Source: Histomonas meleagridis 2922-C6/04-290x
Taxonomy: Eukaryota; Protista; Parabasalia
Assembly (NCBI GenBank): GCA_020184695.1
Contig: JAANOX010000233.1
Span: forward strand, 192,334-256,333
Length of the DNA stretch: 64,000 nt
Direction: 5' to 3'
A program made the translations under genes and the position numbers. The first letter of the stretch is position 1; every line of letters begins with the position of its first letter. Positions 1-9,914 of this stretch are shown here, one piece after another. Below the pieces are notes generated by a model, which was not told where the DNA came from, made no database searches, and saw only the letters and a list, made by a program, of their open reading frames with translations.

Positions 1-1
1 A

Positions 2-2350
2 TTTCGAGGCAAAACGTTATCATATTTACGCTGTACCAAAGTTAATTTCCAAAGTAATCGCGAAGAAGATTTTTATGATTTATCATTATTAGTTAAAGGA
101 TGTAATAATTTAGAAGAATCATTTTCGAAGTATTTAGAGACAGAGCTATTAACCGGTTCGAACATGTATGAAACAACGAAATATGGACAACAAGAAGCTA
201 TAATGGGCATCGAATTCATTAAATTCCCTCCGATATTACAATTACATTTACGTCGATTCGAATATAACTTAAACACTAACAAAATGTATAAAATTAATAG
301 TTATTTCTCATTTCCAAAGGTTTTAGATATCCAAAAGTATTTATCAATGAATAATAATCGACATAAAGGTTCAACAACTTATCGATTATATGGGATATTA
401 ATTCATCAAGGCGGACCATCATTTGGACATTATTATGCTTTTTTAAGATTAAATAATAAATGGTATAAATTTAATGATAGTAATGTAAATGTTATTAGTG
501 AAGATACTGTATTTAATGAATCTTTTGGTGGTCAATCGACTAAAAGTTATTCGATATTTAGTCATTTATTAAATAATCATACTATAAATGAAAAAACTTA
601 TAACGCGTATATGTTAATATATGTGAAAGAAAGTGAAATAAAAAATATATTTTTCGATATTAATAATGATTATATACCGAAACATATATATAAAATTATA
701 TTAAACCCTTCATTCAGATTTAATAACTTAAATACAAATAATAAAATTAAAATCGTCGTGTATAATGATCAACAATTAAAACTTAACGCTTTTAATGGTG
801 AAATTGGTTTTACTAAAAATAATTTCGTGTTAAATGAAGAGATTAATAATAACATAAAAGTTCCCGATTTTTATAAATTATTATGTGATTTATTTCACGT
901 AAAAAATTGTAAAATTTGGTTAATGGATTTTAGAAATAATCCAACAAATTATTTAGATAAAAAAAGACCAACATTAATCTCATCATTTAATCATAAAACA
1001 TTTTATTTCGAGCCTATAGAATTCGAAGATAATAATGTTAATAATACACAACAAACATTAGTTTTTGTATATTTTTATTTTTTTAAGGATTTCCAACCTT
1101 TTAATTTTATATGTTCGATTTCTATAAATTATAATGATAAAATCTCTTCGATAATTCCGAAAGTATTAAAACGGATTAAATGTTTTTCTTTGAATAAAAT
1201 TAATTTAATCGCATATCAAAAAATTTCACAAAAAATTAATGAAATTGATATGAATAAAACTTTTGGTTCTGTTTATGGAAGAGAACAACTTAAAACAATT
1301 ATATTTCAATTCGATAATACTTCCCAAAGTTTTAACGATTTGAAATATAAATATAAACAAAAAATTTTAAATGATTTCGATAACTTAAAGAAAAGATATT
1401 TCATTAACGAAATGAAAACGAAAATTTTTAATTCTTTTGTCGAATATAATAATTATATATCAAAAATAACAATGTTTAATTTATTAGGGAATATTAATAA
1501 TAATGTGATTTGTACTGTTTATTGTCCTTCTTTAATATCTATAAATGAATTAAAGTTATTTCTCGCAAAAATTATTAAAACTGATTTTGATCTAAATAAT
1601 GATCGAATGTTAATTTTTTCCCCTTTTAAAAAGAAATGTTTGAAATTGGATAATTTTGATGACGTTGATGCTTTATTCCAATACTTACAAAAATATTCTC
1701 CAAATAAATTACCAAAATTAATTACTTCCGTTTATAAAAATTCTTTTGAAAAGGATTTAACGGATTTAATTCATATTTTGTGTTACTTTTCAAACGACGG
1801 TTATATAATTACAGAAAGTTTCAGAACTTTTGTTTCAAAAAATATAACTTTTCATAAGATGTACGATCGAATTAAACAGAATCTTGAAAAAACAAAATTC
1901 GACTTTTTGAACGAGCCGATAAGGTGCACCACAATTAAAAATAATAAAATTTTTGGTATTTATAATATTAATGATTATATAGATATAAATTGTGATTTTG
2001 TTAGATTCGAAAAAATACCAAAAGATCAATTAAATTTAGAAAATGGAAAATTAATACAAATGTATTTATGTGAAAAAAAAGGATTTTCATATTCGATATA
2101 TACACAGCCATTTTTGTTTAAATTATGTGAAAATGAAAACTTTGGCGATTTTGTTAAACGTTTATATAAAGCAATTGAAATAAATATTATAAATGAAAGC
2201 CAAATTTTGGTGAAAGAAGAAAATGAACAATTTGTTCAATGCAGAAAAGGAATTCGACCATTCGAATTTGCGAATGAAAAAGACACAATTTATGTGTGCG
2301 CAGAAAGGAAAACTATTAAAAAGGATAACTCATTGAAAATATCAAATTGA
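2..2350 (+). CDS. Ubiquitin C-terminal hydrolase, USP7-like (5'-partial; the frame is open from the window start)
   Basis: The frame reads FRGKTLSYLRC...EDFYDLSL...FPPILQLHLRRFEY, then the His box LIHQGGPSFGHYYAF...WYKFND and NAYMLIY. The long C-terminal region is compatible with UBL repeats. Ends in TGA at 2348-2350. Confidence 0.9.
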   Translation, partial: FRGKTLSYLRCTKVNFQSNREEDFYDLSLLVKGCNNLEESFSKYLETELLTGSNMYETTKYGQQEAIMGIEFIKFPPILQLHLRRFEYNLNTNKMYKINSYFSFPKVLDIQKYLSMNNNRHKGSTTYRLYGILIHQGGPSFGHYYAFLRLNNKWYKFNDSNVNVISEDTVFNESFGGQSTKSYSIFSHLLNNHTINEKTYNAYMLIYVKESEIKNIFFDINNDYIPKHIYKIILNPSFRFNNLNTNNKIKIVVYNDQQLKLNAFNGEIGFTKNNFVLNEEINNNIKVPDFYKLLCDLFHVKNCKIWLMDFRNNPTNYLDKKRPTLISSFNHKTFYFEPIEFEDNNVNNTQQTLVFVYFYFFKDFQPFNFICSISINYNDKISSIIPKVLKRIKCFSLNKINLIAYQKISQKINEIDMNKTFGSVYGREQLKTIIFQFDNTSQSFNDLKYKYKQKILNDFDNLKKRYFINEMKTKIFNSFVEYNNYISKITMFNLLGNINNNVICTVYCPSLISINELKLFLAKIIKTDFDLNNDRMLIFSPFKKKCLKLDNFDDVDALFQYLQKYSPNKLPKLITSVYKNSFEKDLTDLIHILCYFSNDGYIITESFRTFVSKNITFHKMYDRIKQNLEKTKFDFLNEPIRCTTIKNNKIFGIYNINDYIDINCDFVRFEKIPKDQLNLENGKLIQMYLCEKKGFSYSIYTQPFLFKLCENENFGDFVKRLYKAIEINIINESQILVKEENEQFVQCRKGIRPFEFANEKDTIYVCAERKTIKKDNSLKISN

Positions 2351-2489
2351 AATTTTTTAATCAGATGTTATTTAATAAAGATAAAATTTTTTATGTTTTT
2401 TATTGTATAATATTTGAATGAAGATGAAATTGTGTTGGAATATTGTTAAAGTTTTCGATAATAATTTTGTATTGCTATTTAAATTGATT

Positions 2490-2720
2490 GATTAAGTTGT
2501 CTTAAAGTCATTAGAAAATGGATCTTATTCATTGTGTAAAACTCATGTCGTAAAAGTATGTTTGTTTTCATTGTATTCTTCATCATGTCATTTTGTAATT
2601 TAATATTATCATCTTCTTATTGAGTGATACTTATTTTTTTTTCTTCCGTATAATGATAATGACTTAATAACAAAACTATTACCATTTCGAAGAACTAATA
2701 TAAATAACCATTAGTTTCAT
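2490..2720 (-). pseudogene. Degraded C-terminal remnant of a BspA-like gene
   Basis: Broken minus-strand reading DEEYNENKHTFTT*VLHNE*DPFSNDFK matches the tail of the 3164-5338 protein (DEEHNENKQIFLTG...EEDPFANDFK). Confidence 0.55.
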
Positions 2721-3163
2721 ATTAATATTAAGCTTAAGCCTTTTCTGTTGTTGTTTTAAAAAAAAAAATCAAAAATAATTAAAAATTGCACGTTAAATAA
2801 TTTGCTATATGGAAATGAGCACGTCTTAATTGAGGTACTCCAGTACTTTCTCCTTTCTAAACATATTGAAAATGTTTGTTGTCCTTTCCGTAATCATGAT
2901 TACATAACTGGTTATTTTACATATTCCAATGAAAGTATTGTATACAATATTTAATTAATAACTGGAAAACAGAAAGTTATTACTTGTCTGTTATTGTTGA
3001 GAAAAAAAAAAAACTTTTGACGTAATAATCGCTTTTACAAATGTTATATTTATATTTATAATAGCACAACTAGCAAATGATCATTAAAATTATAATATTA
3101 TAATATATAGCAATTATAAACTTAGATAAATCTAAATTTAGATTCATATCTTTAATTCGTTAT

Positions 3164-5338
3164 TTATATTTGGTTAATTAAGTTGTCTTCCTTAAAATCA
3201 TTCGCAAATGGATCTTCTTCAATGTGTGGAATGGAAATTCCTGTTAAAAAAATTTGCTTATTTTCATTATGTTCTTCATCAAATTGAAACTTTTTGTCTT
3301 CATCAATTTCTTCGTCTTCGCTGTGAGTTGTGTTGATATTTTTCTTCCATCGAATGATAATAATAATGATGGAAATAAAAATAATAACAATAATAATTGA
3401 TATTATTATAACAATAATAATAACATTATTATTTTCATTTACTTTATTCGATTTTTCTTCATTTGAATAAATCATATAAAAATTAGAATAATATGGATAA
3501 TATGTAGAATATTGAATAATAAGATATTCGTAATAATAATATTCCGTTGAAATGTATATAACACTTGATTGAATATTCGATATAGTAAATGAAATCGTTG
3601 AATATATATTCGTAATTATTAAAGTTTCTGTAATTGAATATAAGAATTTTAAAACAAAAGAATGTGATAAAGTTATATCAACAGAAATTGAATCAAATGT
3701 ATTACTTTGTATAAATGTATTTGATTTAGAAAATGTATTACTTCGTGTAAATGTATTTGATTTACTATATGTATTTGATTTAGTATATGTATTTGACCTA
3801 GAAAATTTATTTGATTTAGTATATGTATTTGACCTAGTAAATGTATTTGATCGAGAAAATATATGTGTTGAAAGTATACCACATTCTTCATTCGTGATTG
3901 CTGTAGATAATACTCCAAATGTATTATGATTATTTTGATATTCTTCTGATACAATAACCGTAGCTGTAACACCTGTGAATGCTGTGGAATTGATATTCGG
4001 TTCTGTTTGACCTGAATAATAAATACATTTAACCGAACTTCCAATGAATGCACGTCCTTTAATATTTTCAACATTTTCACTGATATAAATATTTGATAAA
4101 TGGATACTATCACAAAATGAATTTTCGCCAATCGTTTGAACTGATGTTGGAATATAAAATGTTTCATTCATTATTCCAATTGGATAAAATATAAGTGTAT
4201 TAACATCTTTATTATAAAGAACTTCGTTATCATTATAATTACAATAATTTGGATTATCTTCGATAACATAATAAATTTGAATATTTGGACATGAATGAAA
4301 CGCTGTTGGATCAATCGTTGAAACTGTTCCTGATATAGTAATGTTTCGAAGTTCTTCACAACTTTCAAATACATTATTCCCAATATTTAAATTGTTTCCA
4401 TCAAGATGTAATGTAATTAATTTAGAACATTCTGCAAATGCTAAATTTTTGAATTGTTTTTGACTGATTTTTGGAAATGTAAGATTTCGAATTCCACATG
4501 AATGAAATGCAAAACCAGAAATTGTTTCTAATTTTTCATTAAAATTAATGATTTCTAATGATGAACATCCTGAAAATGCTTCTTCAAGAATCGATGTAAC
4601 AGATTTACCAAGATATAAATAAACAAGTGATGTCCAACGATTAAAAAGATAACCTGGAATTGAATCAATTTCATCACCAATAATAATTCTCAATGAATGA
4701 TTATAATATTCACAATAATATGATGTAAGTTCATTACTATTAGTTATGGTAAGTGTTGATGTATTAGAATCAAATTCTTGAAGTGATTTCCTAAAAAATA
4801 ATATAAAATAAAAGAAATAATACTTTTTAATTTGTAATTTGTTAATAAAATGTTTTAAATTTAAATGTATTCTTTGAAATATAATGGTGATAATAAATAT
4901 TGTAAAAATCAACATAAAATAATATCTTATAATATCAATGAAACTTAAATTTTTATTAATAAAATCAAAATAATAAATAAAAAATTCATTAATTCCTTTG
5001 TTTGCTATAAGTGTTGAGATTTTTTGTGTGTTTGTTTGTTGAATGAGATATTTCAATGAAGAATAATTAAAATGTAAATTCGGGTAATTGAACGTAATAT
5101 GCTCAAGTTGGTTTACAAACAAAACATTATTTTTGAAAGAATCATTGTCGAAAAAAAGATCCAAAGGCAAGCCAGTTTTATTATTTATCAAAGGTTGGGG
5201 AGATAATAAATAGTTTTTGCATCTAATAATAATAAACAAAATTAGCTTCACAACTTTCATTCTGGCAAACCAATTGGTTGGGAATCTTGAAATGATTTTG
5301 GTTGGGGAGTTTGATCTCAAAAAGTCAATAACCCACAA
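3164..5338 (-). CDS. BspA-like TpLRR surface protein 1 (LRR, Ser/Thr stalk, TM, acidic tail); true start uncertain
   Basis: TpLRR repeats (SVTSILEEAFSGCSSL, IGNNVFESCEEL), SNT(F/Y)TK hexapeptide stalk, Ile-rich TM helix, tail ending DPFANDFKEDNLINQI. Confidence 0.85.
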   Translation of the reverse strand: MWVIDFLRSNSPTKIISRFPTNWFARMKVVKLILFIIIRCKNYLLSPQPLINNKTGLPLDLFFDNDSFKNNVLFVNQLEHITFNYPNLHFNYSSLKYLIQQTNTQKISTLIANKGINEFFIYYFDFINKNLSFIDIIRYYFMLIFTIFIITIIFQRIHLNLKHFINKLQIKKYYFFYFILFFRKSLQEFDSNTSTLTITNSNELTSYYCEYYNHSLRIIIGDEIDSIPGYLFNRWTSLVYLYLGKSVTSILEEAFSGCSSLEIINFNEKLETISGFAFHSCGIRNLTFPKISQKQFKNLAFAECSKLITLHLDGNNLNIGNNVFESCEELRNITISGTVSTIDPTAFHSCPNIQIYYVIEDNPNYCNYNDNEVLYNKDVNTLIFYPIGIMNETFYIPTSVQTIGENSFCDSIHLSNIYISENVENIKGRAFIGSSVKCIYYSGQTEPNINSTAFTGVTATVIVSEEYQNNHNTFGVLSTAITNEECGILSTHIFSRSNTFTRSNTYTKSNKFSRSNTYTKSNTYSKSNTFTRSNTFSKSNTFIQSNTFDSISVDITLSHSFVLKFLYSITETLIITNIYSTISFTISNIQSSVIYISTEYYYYEYLIIQYSTYYPYYSNFYMIYSNEEKSNKVNENNNVIIIVIIISIIIVIIFISIIIIIIRWKKNINTTHSEDEEIDEDKKFQFDEEHNENKQIFLTGISIPHIEEDPFANDFKEDNLINQI
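3700..3850 (-). repeat. 18-bp coding tandem repeats (SNT[F/Y][T/S][K/R] stalk); related arrays at about 6740-6960 and 23860-24270
   Basis: Repeated tatgtatttgatttagta-like units with 18-bp period in all three BspA genes. Confidence 0.85.
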
Positions 5339-6256
5339 AACAACCGTTTATTTATTCAAAATTTTTTGCAGAACAAATGGAAAGAGAATGTTAAATGTTC
5401 ATTTGGCAATTTCCTTTGAAAAGCTATTCCATGGAAACTGACTGAAGCTCTTTCAAAACATATTGAAAATGTTTATTGTTCTTCCCGTATGGCTAGTAAT
5501 AATGCGTATGATAGATGAATCAGCATGATGAAAGTGTTGTAGATCTTGCTTCTATGTATAAACAGTGGTTCCAAGAATTACCAGAGCCTATTATATCCAC
5601 AGAATGCTTCAGAAACTAAAGGAAGCACATTCATCCAATGATGACATATGATTTTTAGAAATGGAATTAAGTGATCAAGAACTTATTGGGCTATCTCGTT
5701 AGATTCATTCAAAAAATACTTTCACTTCAAGAAATTCGAATAATTATATCTCATTGTCTTTTTACGAAATCAATTAATTTGAAATATATGACAAGCATGT
5801 ATGCAAAAAATGGAAACACATTTTTTAGAAAAGTGACTACAAAAAACTCTATCGGAACGGTTATTATCGTGCTCACAAAAAGTTGTTTTCGTGACTTTTT
5901 TGCATTCTCCTCATAAAACATAATAAAATTAGTGTTTCGTTTGATTTCTGAAAGCCCTTAATGCCACCGGTGGCTACATGAGTAGAAATATTATTTCTAT
6001 TTTTAAAAATTTGTAATTCGATATTTGACTAAGTTTGTTGCCATATTTGAATAGGTTTTGAAATTATTTTCAAACTTAAAATATTGAAAATTGTTTGGTT
6101 TATTCTTCAAAAGTATTTCTGAAGGAATTGTGATATGAAAAATGATTGTTACCATATGGCATGCATTTTGAAAATGGCAATATGGCACAATTGCCCCCGG
6201 TTGAAAGAGTTTAACCAAAAATATTTTTAACAGATATTTATCATTTTAGTCCGCTT

Positions 6257-8382
6257 TTAAATCCAATTGTCACCTTCATCCTTTACCATTTCGCCAATAT
6301 CTCCTGTTAGAATTGAGTTAACTTCTTCATTCGGAAACTCTTTATCTGAAGATGCATTTTCTTTAAATCCGGATTCAGAATTATTTTGTGTCTGCTTATT
6401 TTTATATTTGATGAGCCAAAACACAACTCCTGTTATAATAAGAACAAGTGCAATCGAGCCGCATATGATGCCAATCAATAAATCTGTTGACATTTTACCG
6501 ACTGGAGCCGCTTCACTTGGAAAGATCAGTGTGAAGAAGTCGATGTAGTATGAGCGGTATGACCTGTACTCAATGACTGTGTAATCGTATGCTATGAACG
6601 CTGTGGTGACAATAGTGTTCGAAATTTTTGTAGTCTTGTGCGATATGACTCGATTCAATGAAACTGTATGCGAAATAAATAGTGAAAATGTCAATGTAAC
6701 TGAATGTGAATAAAAAGCATCTGTAGGCAGAAACGTATTGGAATTTGTAAACGTGTTTGATCTAGAAAATGTATTTGATTTAGTAAATGTTTTTGATTTA
6801 GTAAATGTATTTGATTTAGTATATGTACCACTTTGTGAAAATGTATTTGATTGAGAAAATGTATTTGATTGAGAAAATGTATTTGATTTACTATATGTAT
6901 TACTTTGCGAAAATGTATTTGTTTTAGTATATGTATCACTTTGCAAAAATGTATTTGATCGAGAAAATATATGTGTTGAAAGTATACCACATTCTTCATT
7001 CGTGATTGCTGTAGATAATACTCCAAATGTATTATGATTATTTTGATATTCTTCTGATACAATAACCGTAGCTGTAACACCTGTGAATGCTGTGGAATTG
7101 ATATTCGGTTCTGTTTGACCTGAATAATAAATACATTTAACCGAACTTCCAATGAATGCACGTCCTTTAATATTTTCAACATTTTCACTGATATAAATAT
7201 TTGATAAATGGATACTATCACAAAATGAATTTTCGCCAATCGTTTGAACTGATGTTGGAATATAAAAATGTTTCATTCATTATTCCAATTGGATAAAAAT
7301 ATAAGTGTATTAACATCTTTATTATAAAGAACTTCGTTATCATTATAATTACAATAATTTGGATTATCTTCGATAACATAATAAATTTGAATATTTGGAC
7401 ATGAATGAAACGCTGTTGGATCAATCGTTGAAACTGTTCCTGATATAGTAATGTTTCGAAGTTCTTCACAACTTTCAAATACATTATTCCCAATATTTAA
7501 ATTGTTTCCATCAAGATGTAATGTAATTAATTTAGAACATTCTGCAAATGCTAAATTTTGAATTGTTTTGACTGATTTTGGAAATGTAAGATTTCGAATT
7601 CCACATGAATGAAATGCAAAACCAGAAATTGTTTCTAATTTTTCATTAAAATTAATGATTTCTAATGATGAACATCCTGAAAATGCTTCTTCAAGAATCG
7701 ATGTAACAGATTTACCAAGATATAAATAAACAAGTGATGTCCAACGATTAAAAAGATAACCTGGAATTGAATCAATTTCATCACCAATAATAATTCTCAA
7801 TGAATGATTATAATATTCACAATAATATGATGTAAGTTCATTACTATTAGTTATGGTAAGTGTTGATGTATTAGAATCAAATTCTTGAAGTGATTTCCTA
7901 AAAAATAATATAAAATATATGAAATAATACTTTTTAATTTGTAATTTGTTAATAAATTGTTTTAAATTTAAATGTATTTTTTGAAATTTGATAATAATAA
8001 TCATTAGTATTAATAAATAATTATAACTAAACTTAAAAAAATTGGGATTTTTGGATACAAAATTAAAACAAAAAATAGTGTGTTCATTCAATTTTTGGTG
8101 TGTGACATGTGCCATATCAACAATATTAATTTTGAATTCGTTATCAAAAAAATTGGCTTCCCCGTAATGATTTATAAATTTTCTTTGAATTTGTTGCTTG
8201 ATTCCTGTGGAGAAATTTGTTGTTTGAGTATATACCAAAAGCTTGTTGCTTAATGATGAAATTTTTTTGATGTTACGAATTTCAGTAATTTGTTGATATT
8301 TTTTGAAATCAGCATATGAAACTATAGATTCAGAAAAAATAACAAGAACATAAAGTATGATAGGCCTCCAAGTCTTAAACAT
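6257..8382 (-). pseudogene. BspA-like surface protein 2, split by two +1 homopolymer frameshifts near 7265-7300 (pseudogene or assembly error)
   Basis: ORFs 7273-8382, 7218-7493 and 6257-7276 join into one protein collinear with BspA 1. TM helix LLIGIICGSIALVLIITGVVFWL; C-terminus DEGDNWI. Confidence 0.8.
6949..7985. repeat. About 1-kb near-identical direct duplicate of about 3840-4870 (BspA LRR block)
   Basis: Sequences match almost base for base; the differences seen inside the block are single-base length changes in A/T runs. Confidence 0.9.
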
Positions 8383-8910
8383 GATCTCCCAGGGAGTTTA
8401 AGAATGTAAAAATTTATTGTTCACCACATCTGAAAATTCAGAACTTGATCGACTGACATCTGACAGTTTTAACTGTAAGCAAGTCGGACTGATTTCCATA
8501 CTTTACACCAAATATTTGGGAGGGTTATTTTCTAAGAAAACCTTCGATAAATAAACGGTCGTTTCAAACACTTATCTTAATCAATAGATATCGATTGAAG
8601 TTTTGTTTTTGTTGCGTCTAGCAGCTGTGGGGACACATTTTTGCAAACAGCATGATTGAAGAAAAATTAAAAACCTTATTTTTTCCATGGAAAGCCATCC
8701 TTTCTGTATAACAAATGCCATTTATTAAGCAATAGTAAAAATGAATAATAGTTAGTAGAATTCATAAGACTATTTTTGAAAAACCGGAATATTATTTTTT
8801 GCTCACAGGTGTGACACTTCAAATTCAATTGAATAAGTAGAATTAACCTTCTTCATTCCATTAACGGTCGCTCAAGATTTACGGTTTTATAATACGTTAG
8901 ACAATCCGCC

Positions 8911-9234
8911 ATGTGCGCTATGGTTGGTTCCATCGGGGCAGGAACTTTTGCTGTAATTTTCCTGCTCGCGGTTCTCCTTTTGCTTCTCATTCTCTATCGA
9001 ATTCCAGTTGTAAAAATTATTTTTTGGATATATCTGATTTTATTTATCATTGTCATCATTATATTATCCTGCCTTCCTTACGATGATGGAACTCAAAATG
9101 TAGAAACAAATTCACATGGAAAATTTCTTATTATTTTCGGCGTATTAAATTTTGTAGGATTTTTAATCACAGCAGTTTTCTATCTTATTGTTGTCCTTCT
9201 TCACCAAGATTTTGCATACGCAGTTTTAAAGTAA
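8911..9234 (+). CDS. Small multi-pass membrane protein, 107 aa, unknown function
   Basis: ATG start, three hydrophobic segments, flanked by AT-rich intergenic DNA. Confidence 0.6.
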   Translation: MCAMVGSIGAGTFAVIFLLAVLLLLLILYRIPVVKIIFWIYLILFIIVIIILSCLPYDDGTQNVETNSHGKFLIIFGVLNFVGFLITAVFYLIVVLLHQDFAYAVLK

Positions 9235-9914
9235 CTGAAATATAATTTTTTTTTTTTTTAATTTATTTTAAACGTTTAAATAAAATGTATTTATATCAAA
9301 AAAATATCTTAGTTTCTTGTTTTCATATAACAGGAACATCCTGTTTATGCTAGATTTTCTTTTTATATTTGTTTAAGCATGCTCGTTGAAAGTTTTAATT
9401 CAATTCGAAAACAATTTTGGCAGCTATATATATTTCGATTAAATTTGAAAAAAGTGATTTTGAGCAAATAAATAATATAAATATTAAAAATAATTTGAAT
9501 ACTTTGATTAAAATTTTAATCAACTTTATTTCAATGAAAACCAAACAAGATAAAATAGAATAATGTGTTTAAATCTATTAATAATTGTAATTTATTTTTC
9601 ATAACTCAGCAATGCTTTTACTTAATACAATTGCCACTTTTCTTTTCAATATGTCATTAAAATTCAAACCTAGAGCTTGAATACAAGAAAAATCAATTTA
9701 ATTTGTCATATGTTATACTATTAGCTTTCTTTCTGATAACAAGATAAACTGCTCATTGGACACAAAGTTTGTTCACATTGCATGTTAATAATTATTTTTT
9801 ATTATTTGTTGGTAATAGAAAAATATAAAGCAATTCATTCAAATAATAACACAATTTTTCTATTATTCTTATTTTTACATAATAATTTATACCGTAAATA
9901 ATCTATTTTATTTA

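Noticed and set aside
3673-4167. 164-aa and 182-aa (6691-7239) ORFs with QIHLL repeats
   Set aside because: Alternative-frame readings of the BspA stalk repeats.
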